Part shown: piece after piece, positions 41,385 through 56,150 of the stretch
Position numbering within the stretch: position 1 is the first letter of the stretch
How the letters are laid out: each line of letters starts with the position of its first letter
DNA from: Eledone cirrhosa
Lineage: Eukaryota
NCBI GenBank assembly: GCA_964016885.1
Contig: OZ024740.1
Location: 329,468,001 to 329,532,000 of the forward strand
Direction of reading: 5' to 3'
DNA: 64,000 bases
The notes under the pieces: generated by a model
What the model saw: the letters and a program-made list of their open reading frames with translations, nothing else
Told to the model about the DNA's origin: nothing
Databases searched by the model: none
Translations under genes and position numbers: made by a program

Positions 41385-43343
41385 ATATAGTCCTCCCTCT
41401 TTGCCTTTAACCTTAGGATAGTAGCCCAAGAAGAAGACAGCCTCTCTATGGCTCTGACAATAATGTCTGGGACTTTAGCAAGCTGGAGGGCCTCAATCAT
41501 CCAGGAGTGGGAAACAGAATCGAAAGCTTTCCTGTAGTCTAGCCAGACTGTAGCCATATTCCCCCTAAGTTGTCGCACCTCCGACATCCCAGTTTTGTTG
41601 ATTAGGAGTTGTTCAGCACATCCCCAACCCCTTTCTTTCCAGCTGCTTGTTCATCTGTGAAGATGTTATTATTTTCACAGTAATCTTGGAGGAATAGGTT
41701 CAGGCAGGCTGTATACATCTTATACATCAGGTTCTGGCATGCAATGGGTCGGTAGTTTTTTTGCCAAGTGGGTGTCTTTGTTCTTGGGGACATGTAATGT
41801 TTGTGCTAATGTCAACCATTCTGGTATAAGTGTATATCCCTTAAGAACTTGCTGGTAGAGGTCAGTAAGATACCTCCGATAAAATATCAGTTTTTTTGTA
41901 CCAGAAGCCGACAATCATATCTCTTCCTGGTGTTTTCTTATCTTGGAAATTTCCTATCACATTCTCAAGGGTACCCTCACTTATTTCGTATGTTTTTGTT
42001 GTAGTGTAGGAGCAATAGTTCTTTCGGATTTCTCCTAGCCACACTACATCTTGGTTGAAATTCTTCTTTTTACCCCACATTTTGCTCCAAATGTCTTTCT
42101 GGGATGGGGCCTCAGTGACACTTCTTATTTTGTTCTTCATATCTCTATAGACTGATGTTTGGTTTCGTCAGAATCTTTTATTAAGCACTTTTCTCTCATC
42201 TACCTTCTTCAGGTATCGGCGTTTTTCACTAAAGCTCTGAATTCTTGTTTGAGTGTGATCAGCTTATATTGAAGAGTTCAAGTTCTACTGTTACCAAACA
42301 TCGTCTCTATTTTATTTTTCGCTCTTTGTTGGTGAGGAGTGAGGTTATTTTGTGTTTGTTTGCATGTAAGGAGCATTGTAACATATCCTATGGTTTTTCG
42401 TAGGTCAGCAATCTTTTTTTTCTATTTTCGTTATATATGATGGTATTTTTGGTGGTGTTCTGTTCTTGTTAATATCTCTGCTGTCACCTAGATAATGCTT
42501 CAATGTCGTTGCTAATGCATATAAACAGGCGTTGATTTGCTAAAATGTTGGGTTTTTTATCCGTCGTAAATATTCATCCCCTATTTCGTCAATAACACGT
42601 AATATTTCATTATTTTATTTTTTATTAAACATTGTCGTTTTAATACGTTCAGCAAGAGAGATATTTATACATGAATTAATTTCTCTCTGGAAGATTTCGT
42701 TGAGGGAAATTTTCAATTGTTTATACTTTTGATTATTATCATTATCGATAGTATTTTCTACAACAGTCGAGGTAGCCTCCGATGGTACAGGTGGAGTCAA
42801 ATTTCTTCGATTATTATTATGTCTTCGGTTATTATTACTATCGATAGTGTTTTCCCCAGCATTCAAGGTAGACTTAGATGGTACAGGTGGTGTCAAGTTT
42901 CTTACTGGCATAGATGTTTCAAGGCGCTGTTCAACATGGCTGCTAGGAAGTCTAGTAGCATGGCAACCTGTAGCACGTGTTGTTGATCCCATGTTTGTTG
43001 TGGAGGACTTACAATTAATAATATTTATCTTATCTTTACGTTCAACAAACGTCGCTTGTTGGCGTAATTGTTTCACTGTGAAATAATTTAGCTCTGGGTG
43101 CATTTCGTCCCAATGTAGCTTCATTCTGTTCATATAGCCAATGGAGGGATTGTTTTTTTGCCATTTTATAACAATTAAATAAATCATTATTAAGTTCGCA
43201 ACTCCAAGAGAAAAGCGATTCATAATTTCGCTTTCTTCTGTAGCCACAACTGAATAAAGTTTGTTTACCTTCCTTGTTATTTGTCTTCGGTACTTCCATA
43301 ATTTTGTTGTTGATGTTGTGTTCAGCCATGCTGTTTGTAGCAA
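41385..43343 (-). mobile_element. R4/Dong-like non-LTR retrotransposon, decayed, lacking its 3' half
   Basis: GYMNRMKLHW..HP...KQLRQQ N-terminus, TPGRDMI.GFWYKK, IPEWLT, KNYRPIACQNLMYK, WLDYRKAFDSVSHSW; ~96-bp internal duplication 42735-42900; (ATGT)n on both flanks. Confidence 0.75.
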
Positions 43344-44898
43344 TTCCTTGTAAAATGAATTATGTATTTAGTTGGATATCTCTACGAATTAGAATAAACT
43401 GTGTCTTCAGAAGATATAGTTAGAAGTATAACCAGTTATTCAACCTGACTGTAGTTTTGGCATTAGTCTCGGAGATAGTATTCATCTTAAATTTAATAAA
43501 TAGTCTCCCACGCCAAAATATGCGACTGATCGCGTTGACTGTATATGTATGTATGTGTGTGTGTATGTATGTATGAATGTATGTATGTATGTGTGTGTGA
43601 ATGTATGTATGTATGTATGAATGCTTGTGTGTATGTGTGTGTGTATGTGTATATGTATGTGTGTGTGTGCACGTGCCTGTTTGTGTCTGTGTTTTAAAAA
43701 AATAAGAAAGCGAATTGCACAGAACATGGAAGACGTTTCTTGTATAATCACTGAGTGTGCAGAGAACGGCTAATGCTATACGAATTATATAAGATTAGAT
43801 TCAATAAACTAGATTAATCCAATTTCCCAGGTGGCAGGTCTGTTTTAATTATATACTGCGATGATTGGCACACTTAGCTTTTGCTTTTTCTTTAAGTAGA
43901 CCGATAAAAGACTAATGTTTAATTTCTCGAGTAGACAAGCTATCTTCCTAAATCAAAACGAAAAAATCCAAGAATCTACACACAATTACGTTCCGTTCAT
44001 GTTTATACAACTCGGTTTTTATTACCACCCGGTTTGTATTATCAGCCGATAACATTTACTCAATGGTTCCTTTGAATTCGGGCCAAAGAAATACATATGT
44101 ATTACATGGAAATTCGTATTTTCTCGCATTTCTACATGCTTACATATGAAAAATATCTATATCTATATGAAAATTGATGTAGTCTCGTTTACACACTCTG
44201 CATATATTCATATAGAGTTTTATCGTACGCTCCAGTCGGTAGCGCACCTCTTAAAACATATCTTAATTAACTAAAAGCATGGGCGATAATTATATGCAAA
44301 TTAGTGCATCCGTTCAAGTATAATAATTGAAAATGGATACATATTAAATATGTGTTTTCTTGTGGGTATTTCGATGATATACATGCCTTCTACTTGTGGC
44401 CCAACTATCACCGAACATCAATTAGAAATATTTATAATTTATCAATCTACATACAAATAACTATTCTCTCTCATAATTGCATGTCTACTTATTAAAAGTA
44501 TGTATATATATATACATGTATACATATATACCTTCATAGTACATTTCGTTTTCTAGCGTTTCTTTTAATACATATCTTAATTAACTACCACCCACACATA
44601 TATATATATGGAAAAAATCAAATTTCATTTCTCACACTTAGTACGGCTGATACTTAAATATAAGTATGTATACGTACATACATATATGTATACAGACGTA
44701 CAGTAGTATGTATATACATACATGCACAAATATATATATATGTACGTATGTGTTTACCGAACAATTATTATAATGCTCGGTTTGTTTGTAAACAAACCGC
44801 CCGAATTATTAGCCGTACAGTGTTCGGCAACCATCGTTGACATTTTGTTCAACACTGACAAAGGAATGATGAACTAGTTTCTAGCTTATTATCTGTCA

Positions 44899-45053
<155 letters not shown>

Positions 45054-45759
45054 AACATGTATAACACCGACGGCAGAGCTCAAGTCGTTTCAACGGCTAT
45101 TTCTAGACTGAATTAGAATTTTTTAGCGTAGTAATATATAGAGGAACTTTTCAAGGGGTAATTCCTTATATGGGAAGATTGTAGTTGTCAAAAGTATTGG
45201 TCAACATTTCTTGTAAACACAATTAAAGCTTTCATGGCGGATGGTGTAAGGTGGGGTGGCTGAACTTGCCTGTAGAACAATAAGAGGGTGGGTGGAGCCG
45301 GCCAAACGTTGAAAGTGAATTATATAGACCAAATTCTAGGGAGTGTGTATGAACGTAGGTTAGTTACAAAGTAGGCGAGAGTGGGACATTTTAAAATTAA
45401 AAGGTAGATATATTGTGATTAAATGGTAATAAAAAAAAAATAATAAAAAAATTAAATAGTGAGAAATGGTAAAGAATAATAAATAATCTATAGAATCTAA
45501 AGCAGCTCCTATATTTTTAGCTGGTATTGCGTTTTCAGCCAATGCTATATATAATTTACTGGGGTGGGGGGTACTGAGGCTACAGAAGCCCGATGGGTTG
45601 CCTCAGGGTAGGCGAAAGAGGAAAAAGGAAAAGGAAGAGGAGAGGGAGTGGAAGGAAGTGATAAGACGAGAAAGAAGGAAAAAGAAAGAAGTACATCTAC
45701 GTATGTATGCTGGGTTTCCCCTATCTTGTTCGGCAAGTAGGATAAAGAAGGATGTTTCA

Positions 45760-46490
45760 GCCGTGGATTATTGAATGGTTAGTCTTTTTGTAGGTGGATT
45801 TCCGGCTGCTAAATGTGTCGTATCTGTCAGAGTTGATCAAATAGAGTTTTCCAGTTTTGGCCGAATGCACCAGGGTGTCGTTGGGGCTTTCATACTCCAT
45901 TATTTTACTAAAGGCGGTGGATTAGCAGTATCGGTAGAGGGTCGGACGCCATACTTTGCAGCAAAGAGTTACGGCCCTTTGTGATCTGAGTTCAAATCCC
46001 GCCCAGGTTAACTTTGTCTTTCATCCTTACGGGGTCGATAAAATAAAGTACCAGTAATACACTGGAATATTTGCTGGCCTTGTGCCAAAAGTAGAAACAA
46101 TTATTTTACTACCGAGTTGTAGAAATCGATTGTGTCTGGGTTTGAAATGTATACCCTTGACCAGGTGGAAGAGGTCGTTCTCGAAGGGTGAGAGCATAGG
46201 GTTCGGTGGGGGAGATTTGTAGGTATGAATCCGAATCCCTCCTTGGTGTCGAAGTCCTGGTTGTCGCGGTATCTATCGTAGAAAAATGTTCTCCATCTCA
46301 GTCTTTTCGCAATCAGGTCGATTTTTTGCGTGAGCATCCGAAGGTAAAGTTTTCTCGGTGGAACTGGGAAATTCTTGGTGGAGAAGCCGATAGTGTGTTT
46401 TTGCATGGTGGGTGTAATGAAACTTCAGCTGGGTGGAAAGGTCGGGATATGGTGTGGTAGGGTCGGAAAGTGCTCCACTCATTTTCTTAT
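45760..46490 (-). mobile_element. 5' fragment of a further Naiad ORF, split by a SINE
   Basis: FSTKNFPVPPRKLYL..L..K......RLRWRTFFY...FGF (46101-46406), continuing as DTLVHSAKTGKLYLINSDRY (homologous to GIVVKADKTSNLY) at ~45800-45880. Confidence 0.78.
45911..46100 (+). mobile_element. tRNA-derived SINE inserted in a Naiad ORF, 12-bp TSD
   Basis: TSD attattttacta at 45899-45910 and 46100-46111. Confidence 0.88.
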
Positions 46491-47413
46491 ATATATATAT
46501 ATATATATAGTTGTGTATAATGGTAACTATGGTGCTTCCATAGGCGGTATGCCAAGATTAGCCATCGATATTCAGCAGAGTAGAGTGTAGATAGTATAAA
46601 GAAAATGAAAAATCACTGATGCATCTAGACCCAATTTATTGCGTGTTACAATTGTTTCGCCGGCAGGTAGCTCGAGACATGGTCCTTGTATGGATCTGGC
46701 TGATTCTGCTTTTGCAGGTTCTTTCAGACACGGGTATTTCGTTTGGAGCAACTTTTATCACTGGATTGTTATCATCAAAAAACACCCTAAAAAACCTTAC
46801 TTCCACTCTTGTGATGCCATTGGCTGTTTTTACTCCACGTCATCACCAGTTCTGGTCAATATTTACTGCCACACGGGTCATCAGCCATTTTCCGTCCGAC
46901 ACATCTCGATGGAGTCATGCTGGGTTCAGCATCTCATACGTCTGATCACACTTCAGAGTAAGCACCCATACATGCAAATATCCCCCCTACATACACACAC
47001 ACATGCAGACACCGACAGATTTATGCATAAACACATGTACGCCTATATACGCAGACACACACACCCCCACATACATTCATATATGTATATATACTCACAC
47101 ACTCTCTCCCTCACTTCCACGGACCCAGTCACACCCACCTGTAGATATATATCGCCACAAGCCTTATGGCGGCTGCTTAATTCACGCCATGTATACGGTG
47201 GGATAAGCATGGCCTACTCAACATACACATATATATATATACATAAGCGCGCACACATATATACGCCCAATCTTATATACATTTATATATCTATATATAC
47301 ACACGCATACACACACATATAAACATACACACATACATACACATACATACATATACACACAGATACATATATACATATATATACACACATATACATAATA
47401 CATACATACATAT

Positions 47414-47452
<39 letters not shown>

Positions 47453-47882
47453 CTCACACATACCCACACATACCCACACATACATATACAATACGCATAC
47501 GTACACAAACATTACATACACACGTACATACACACACACACATATATATATACACACACAAAAACAACAACCTAACATGCTACGCACAGCCACATATATA
47601 CATACATATACCTACGCATTGGCCGACATATATACATCTACATATGCATACGCACACGTGCTGCCACATGCATACACCTGCATATATGCATATTTGCCTA
47701 CACACACACATGTGCTTCCATATATACAAATATAAACAAAACCGTAAATTAAAAGTTAAAAATACATTATACAATAAAAAAAAATATACCCTAAACTAAC
47801 GGTAAATTACTGTAACATAAAATATAATATATAAAATATAATATACAATATGATATCTATATCTATATATATCTCTGTCTCC

Positions 47883-47983
<101 letters not shown>

Positions 47984-48201
47984 TACACACACACATGTAT
48001 ACATATTCATACATACATATACGGATATATACAAAAGATATGTGGTAAAGTAATACAACAAGAATAATAGTAATAATAAAAAGCATATATACTCCATATA
48101 TAATCATCCGCACACATTCCTGTGAGATGCACATAAACACCTACATGTATGCACAAATACACATACACACATATAGAGGCCCAAATATGCATACACCCGC
48201 A

Positions 48202-48261
<60 letters not shown>

Positions 48262-50199
48262 GATAAATCTACCAATAGTTTACGGTAGTGTCCAATCCGT
48301 ATGAAGAACTCAATGTGATCCGGATATCATGGAAAGAAGAGATGCATTCAAAAATCACTTTCGGTGAAAGATAAACGGAATACAGAGTCAAGATATAAGA
48401 TTTATATGTCCCTCCAAATCTGATATTGGAATAATTAGCAAAAAAATTTGGATAGAGTCATCCCACAAATAAGAAAAAATGTTAATTTACCACTCTGGGA
48501 AAACACTTCCCAGGTAATTAACTGGTTTAAAAATATTAGATGTAAATCTTCTGCTTCATTTCTACAATTTGATATAGATAATTACTATTCTTCTATATCA
48601 CCTATACTCCTGAACAAAGCTTTGATATTTGCTAAAAATAGATCTAACTTAACTTTGGATGACATTAATATTATTACACATGCTAGACTAACACTTATTG
48701 AATTTCAGAATGAATACTGGACCAGAAACACATATAGTAATCTATTTGATATTACTATGGGTTCAAGCGATTCTGCCCAAATTACTGATCTTGTGGGCCT
48801 CTTTCTTCTTTTCAACATAAATGGTTCCTTTCCCCACCTTAAAGGTGGTTTATATCGTGATGAGTGTCTTCTTCTTTCCAACAACCTTAGCCTCTCAGAA
48901 ATAGAAAAAAACAAAAAGCTTATTAGAACTTTCCTTAAAGACTATTATAGTCTTCATATTACTTTTGAAAACACAAGTAAAGTAGTTAATTTCCTAGATA
49001 TTTCCTAGATATTTCCTTTAGACTTAGCTACGGGTATCTTCCAACCTTACCATAAACCCAACCAAAACTTACACTACATACACTCACAATCTAATCACCC
49101 TAAATCTATCCTTAAAAACCTTGCATATAATATATCACTTAGAATTTCTAACCTTTCGTCTAACCAAGATGTATTTGATAAAAATGCGACCTTCTATAAC
49201 GAAGCTCTAGATAGAAGTGGCCACAAAAATAGATTAGAATATATACCTTCTACTAAAAATACTATAAACATACAACCTAATATTACCAACAAACACCAAA
49301 TGAAAAGTACACACCTAAATGCCACTCACACTATACCCCAAAATACCAACAACTCCTCTAATATAAAGTATAGTAACTCTCAAAAAACTACTCATCATAC
49401 AACTCTAATAAATGTTAATAATAAAACTCCTAATAAACAAGATAAAACACCTAAATCAATAAATCTAACTAAAAATGTGCGTGGTGAGGTCATTAACATT
49501 AATCCTCCTAGTAAACATCACGATGCAACCTATAAAAATAATAAACAACATAGAAACCGTAATAGACGAGTTACTTGGTATAATGCTCCATTTAATTTAC
49601 AAATTAAGGATAATATTGCTAAAAAATTTTTTTATATCCTAGAGAAAAACTTCCCGCCAAACCACAAATCTTAAATAGATCAACAGTTAAATTCTCATAC
49701 TCAACAACCAAAAACATAAAACAAAATATAAGTGCCTATAATGCATATAAATGTAAAAAAACCATAAGTATACCACCAATACATCAAACTAACCATAATA
49801 TCTCCTCAAATACAGAATTAACGAAAGGTTGTAACTGTAGAAACAAAGCAAACTGCCCATTAAAAGGAAATTGTCTTGTTAACAACATAGTTTATAAATG
49901 TAAAGTTAAAACTATAGATTCTATTTGCTCATATATAGGAGCTACTTCTAACAAATTTAAGGTAAGGTTTAATACCCACAAACATAGTTTTAAAAATGCC
50001 GCACTGGCTAATACAACATCTCTAGCAGAAAAAATTAATAGTTATAGAAATAAGAATATAGAATATGATATGACCTGGAGTGTGCTCAAAAGAGCCACCC
50101 CTTATCAAAATAATAGAAATGAATGTAGATCATGTTCCCAAGAACTATTTGAAATAATGAAATCTAAGGATATCCTATTAAATAAGCGAGAGGAATTAA

Positions 50200-51110
50200 T
50201 TATATCGTGTAATCATAAACTGAGAAAAACATTTAAATATTATAAACCTAATTAATAATATATATTTTAGAAATTAATATATAATTTAATTTAAATGTAG
50301 TTAACCTATAACTTTAATTTAATTAAAATTCTACTACAGATGAGATTAAAAAATATTGTGTAATCATAAATTGTGAAAAACTTTTAAATATTATTAACAT
50401 AATTAATATATACTTTGTAAATTAATTTATAAATTAATTTTAGTTTATTTAACCTTTTATTAAAATTCCTTTACAGATGAAATATAACAAAATATCGTGT
50501 AATCAATAACAGAGAAATACTTTTTAATATTATAAACCTAATTAATGTACAATTTAGAAATTAATTTATAAATTAATTTTAATTTAGTTAACCTATAATT
50601 TTAATTTAGTTAGCTTAAAATTAAAATTCTAATACAGATGGATTGCAGAATATCATGTAATCATAAACTGAGATAAACTTTTAAATATATACCTAATTAA
50701 TATATTCTTTACAATTAAATATATATATATATATATATAAATTTTAATTTTTGTTAACCTATAATTATATTCTACTATAGATAAAATACAAAATCTGCTG
50801 TAATTTTTATAAACCTAAATAACATATACTATAGAAATTAATATATAATTTTTAATTTAGTTAACCTATAATTTATATTCTACTACCGATGAAATACTTG
50901 ATTTGGTTTTCCCTATTACTAAATTCATTTCCTAAAATTGATACCATAATGTTAATATTTTTAATTTAGTTATGCTATAATTAATACTCTACTACTGTTT
51001 AACTTCAAAATTCCGCTTTAAATATTATAAACCTAAGTAGTATACACCTTAGAAATCAATATATTAACTATTTTTAATTTAGTTAACCTATAATTAATAG
51101 TCTACTTATA
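50200..51110 (+). repeat. Degenerate tandem array (~110-160-bp units) derived from the ORF end and proximal 3' UTR
   Basis: tgtaatca recurs at 50208, 50359, 50498, 50656; tataaacctaa and ttagttaacctataatt recur to ~51100. Confidence 0.78.
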
Positions 51111-51377
51111 TTAAAATGCATAATTTTGCCTTCTTTCTTACATTTCCTAATACTGAAACTACTATGTAAACACATATGATCTAAATGCAGATTAATATTC
51201 TATGTTCCTTGAAACCTATATTTACTATTTCCCACTAATAATTTTAATCCCCCCCCCTATAATTATTCGTATTTGTAAGCGTGGATGTATGTATGTGTAT
51301 GTAAGTATGTATGTATGTTTGGGTGTTTGTATGTGAGTATAAAAATACATATGTGCTCATGTAAATAAGTGTGTATG

Positions 51378-51442
<65 letters not shown>

Positions 51443-51554
51443 ATATATGTATATATATATATATATGTCTATATATATATGTGTATATATATATGTGTGT
51501 ATGTATGTGTATATATGTGCATAATTGTCTGACTGTGTGTATTTATTTATTTAT

Positions 51555-51601
<47 letters not shown>

Positions 51602-51997
51602 TGTATGTGTATGTGTGTTTGTGTATATATATTTATGTGTATGTATATATCTATATATATATATATGTGTGTATGTATATCTCTTTATTTATGTATGTCT
51701 GAGTTGTGTGTGAGCGTGTGGTTGTATGTGTATATATATACATGGATATGTGTATGTGTATGTATATATACGTATATGTATGTGTGTGTGTGTATATATA
51801 TGTGCGTGTATGTATATGTATATATGTGTGTATATATGTATGTATATATATGTGTGTATATATGTATGTATATGTATGTATGTGTGTATGTGTAAGTACA
51901 TATATGTGTATATATATATGTGTGTTGTGAGTATATGTATATATATGTGTGTATGTATGTGTGTCTATGTATTTATATATGTATATGTATATGTCTC

Positions 51998-52042
<45 letters not shown>

Positions 52043-52271
52043 CGGTGTGTATTTTATGTATGAGTATATATTTTACTTGTTTATTTCTTTTTAATATATT
52101 TCTTTTTATTTCTAAATTTATAGATACATTTTATAAATAGGCTGTTGTCTGACACCCTCAGTAATTACTGACTCCCTTTACCTACTTTAGTTCTGCATGT
52201 AGATGTAAATATATGTGTCAGTGTTTATGTGTGCGCCTCAATATCCATATAGTTATAATAATAGTATATAC

Positions 52272-52361
<90 letters not shown>

Positions 52362-52713
52362 TCGTGTGTATGTTCGTGTGTATGTGTATGTTTATGTGTA
52401 TATGCGTGTGTGTGAATGAATGTATGTATATGTGTGTATATATGAGTGTATATATGTTTATATACGTATGTGTATTTTGTCTGTAGATTATAAACATACA
52501 GCCCTGAATGTTTGTATTTACATACATTTTTTCGACATGCGTATGCATGTGAACATATATTTTTATGCATATCTGTGAACGAAGTTACTTACATATATAC
52601 ACACACCTAACTGTATTTTCTTGATATATTTTTGTGTATTTCATTGGTCTATTTGAACTCTGTTCCCAAACAGACCTGTAATTTTGAATTGTTGTTATTA
52701 TCAATAAATATAT

Positions 52714-52866
52714 TTCATTACTTCTGAAGACGGCATATGTATGTGTTGGTATGTATATTCTATTTGATAGTTTGTATAATTTTGTATAATTTTGTACATA
52801 GATCTGTTGAATATGCATGCCAATTCTAACACATATATGTCCTAGAAACGATCGTTAAATAATGAA
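52714..52866 (+). ncRNA. Type I hammerhead ribozyme with ~115-nt stem II
   Basis: ttcattactt-CTGAAGA-c-ggcatatgtatgtgttgg...ctaacacatatatgtcc-ta-GAAA-CGATCG-TT-aaataatgaa; 9/10-bp stem I, palindromic stem III, GUU triplet. Confidence 0.82.
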
Positions 52867-52920
52867 CTTTTTTTGTTTAATATAAGGAACTGTTTCATTG
52901 TTTTATTCATTATTTTTTAA

Positions 52921-52996
<76 letters not shown>

Positions 52997-53238
52997 TATA
53001 TATACACACTTACTCACCCACAAACACACACACACCTACTCATACGTGGCTATACGTACATACGCACACATATATAGACATACATACAAATATATATTCA
53101 TATATACACATATATATACACACATACACACACATTCTGTCACATATGTGCATACATGCACATGTCTGCACATACACGCGCATATAAGCTCATCCACACA
53201 CGCACCCATGCCCATACACGCACCCCGCACACACCCAC

Positions 53239-53278
<40 letters not shown>

Positions 53279-53589
53279 CTACACACATACATATACCTAC
53301 GCACAGGTCTACACATAAAAACACGCGGATATGAAAACAATATGATAATAAAGCAAAATAAATAAATAAATTTACAATATTTTAGGGTACATTAAAATGT
53401 GTATGTAACTACATAAATAGGTAGAAGAAAAAAAGGGGTAAAATAAAAAAACAAGGCTGAGGTACAGGAGAAGGTGCGTGTGTCCATGTGATATACTACA
53501 CACAGGTAGTATGAGGTGCAAAACTTATGTCCGTGTATAGAACAGGTAACAGTAACAGAACAATAATATAACAATAATGATAGTAATAA

Positions 53590-55800
53590 TCATTGTTCTA
53601 AAGTGGAAGAGGGGGAGATACATGTGGGGATATATCTCATCCATAGGCTGACGGAGGAGATACAGGGGATCGCAGGTGGAATATACAGAGACGACGCACT
53701 TTTCACCTTCTGTTCCCTTAACCCCAGTTACATGGAGCGTATAAGGAAGCGCATATCGCATTGTTTAAACAACACGGGTTATCTGTGACAATAGGCACTA
53801 GCACTAACACGATCAATTTCCTGGACGTTACCTTGGAAATGAATACGGGCATCCACAGACCGTACCATAAGCCCGACGAAAACCTGCAAAATGTGAACAG
53901 GCAATCGAATCCCCCTAAGTCAGTCATAGAAGCCATAGTTAAAGGGGTATCCAAACGCGTATCCACCCTGTCGTCGAACGCAGAACTGTTTAAACAGCAC
54001 GCCAAATATTATAATGAGGCACGGCGTAGGGCCACTTACAAAGACACCATAATATATACCTCGGACAGAGTAGAGCCTAGTGATAAGGCGTGCAGAAATT
54101 CCAATAATGAGGGCGCCTCCTTAGGTAGAAGAATTGACCCGGTAGCAGTATCCAGAAACACAAATAACAACACAACTAGCATTAATGACACAGGACCGAC
54201 CCGAGGTAGGAATAAGGCACCCATAGAAGCCAGTCCACCCAGTACGCGGAGGCATTGGCCTGGCACGCCCATTGCATACTCCGCGCCAACTGTGACCATG
54301 GACAGGACTTCGACAAATACGAACGGGGCACACGCCACGGAGCACGACCACCCTGGTTCTAGTGCTACAGCACCGACAACAGCATCACATAGATCTAAGG
54401 GGAATAGACGTATAGATGTCCACATAGAACGACGTAACTTTATAACTGTAGAGCATAACCTCGACGCACTTAGCGGGCAAATAGACAGAGACAACACACA
54501 GGACGAAATTGTGGTTGGGCAGAGCACTGGACGGTCACCGAGTCCTGGACACACCAATAAGAATCCACGCCCAAGAAGGAACAGATTTAAGGCCGTTACC
54601 TGGATCAATACGCCTTACTCCAAACATGTACGCACTAACGTGCCATGACTTTTCTTCCGAGCGCTAGATGAATTCTGTCCGCCGACTAACAAGTACCACC
54701 AAATCTTCAACCGCCACACGGCGAAATTTTCCTTCTCCACAGCGCCTAATATGGCCGACTACATGGCTAAGACCAACGCGGTGAAGTTGGCGCACACTGG
54801 CCGTCAACCGCGGCGATAGAGTGACCGTCTTTTGGAGCGCGTAGAACCAAACAGGGACCTGCCTCAAATGACAACCCGTCCTCCGAGGCGACCAGAGCGC
54901 CCGCGGAGGGCGATATGGTCCAACACCGAGAGGGAAATAGTGGGATGGGGGAGACAACAGTGTCGGCGGTACAACACCCTGAGAACCTTGAGAGGGCCAT
55001 AACATATCGAGGCTCGGACATCGGATAAACAAGAACTGACAGAAAACACTTGTAACTGTAGAGCGGGCACCCGGTGCCCCCTACAGGGAAATGCTTGCTG
55101 AAAGACTTAATATACAAGTGTGTGGTTACAACCCAAAAGGCGCATCGCACCTACATCGGCGCAACATCCACGACTTTGAAATCGAGGATGTATAATCACA
55201 CGAATTACTTCAGGGACAGTAGCAAACGGCACTCCACTAGGTTAGCGGACCTGGTGTGGGACCAGAAAGACCAAGGCACTCCGTACGCCCTGAAATGGAG
55301 TATCGTTCGCCACGCGAGGGCATATTCGGCTGGAAGCAGAAAGTGCCGATTGTGCCTACACGAGGCCATCGAGATAGTCAGACTGAAGGATGACGCCGTC
55401 AACCTGAAGTCTGAAATTATCATGACATGCAGACACCAGAGAAGATGCACATTTGCAGCATGGAATCCTCCGGGTGACGCAGGCAGGGGGCATGGGAACG
55501 GGTACGCACAGACCCGATTGGCCCAACGGGATTAGGGGACCTGACGCCATGCCATGATGACGGTGTGCGACCCGTGAGGCAAACATGTGTAAACCAGTGG
55601 CGGATCTGACCGAGCACACACCATTGGAAGATACATCGCATGGGCCGGGACCGGCTAACACGGGGTTCAGTGCCGCCCGGTCCTGTGCCCTAAACATATA
55701 GAACAGCACAACCCAGCCACGATGTCATGCGCCATGGCGACCGGGACGGGCGTCCCCTTGAATGTATACCCCGTCAATCGTGACTATATACTCTCCACGT
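53590..55800 (+). mobile_element. GC-rich, 5'-truncated, decayed Naiad-type PLE
   Basis: GGIYRDDAL, INFLDVTL, VNRQSNPP, WINTPYS, CNCRAGTRCPPTGKC-LLKDLIYKC...YIGATSTTLKSRMYNH, CRLCLHE; stops and frameshifts. Confidence 0.88.
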
Positions 55801-55920
55801 GTTCCACTTTGGAACAATGATTATATAATTCATATCGCCATAATGAATTTATCTGGCAATCAATGTTTATCATTCATTGACCAACGGTTAAAAATACAGA
55901 TATAAATATATATATAATCT

Positions 55921-55962
55921 ATCAAAGTTCTTTCGTCACACATCTGTGACATCATCAGTGGT
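55921..55962 (-). ncRNA. Minimal hammerhead motif of the 16594 family
   Basis: acca-CTGATGA-t-gtcac-agatgt-gtgac-GAAA-GAAC-TT-tgat. Confidence 0.72.
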
Positions 55963-56150
55963 ACTATTATGTTTCCACCCGCTGTATTATAATGCCTACG
56001 CCATTTTTATTGATATAAAATCTACAGAAGCGAAAACCTACCCAAACCAAACATGTATGCTATTATTTCTGGCAAAATTATAACAATATGACCCCCCACC
56101 CCACCCCAAATATAACAATATTTGTTTCAACACACGATTTAATATAAAAA

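Larger units (their letters stand above)
48350..52930 (+). mobile_element. 5'-truncated, decayed Naiad-type PLE with ~2.6-kb 3' UTR
   Basis: CPSKSDIG, FDIDNYYSSI, ITMGSSDSAQITD, LYRDE (YRDD mutated), 11-bp duplication frameshift near 49000, CNCRNKANCPLKGNC, YIGATS, stop at 50255; HHR at 52714. Confidence 0.88.

Noticed and set aside
50200-51110. CRISPR-like repeat-spacer array
   Set aside because: Eukaryotic context; units are degenerate whole-unit tandem copies with no unique spacers and no cas genes.
54646-54648. In-frame TGA in a Naiad ORF as possible selenocysteine (some Naiads are known to encode Sec)
   Set aside because: It aligns to a non-Cys position (V/K in the paralogues) and is most simply CGA->TGA decay; the copy also has frameshifts.
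55550-55645. SECIS-like hairpin downstream of the GC-rich Naiad
   Set aside because: AUGA-to-AA spacing and the GA quartet do not fit by eye, and no Cys-position UGA was found; SECISearch would settle it.
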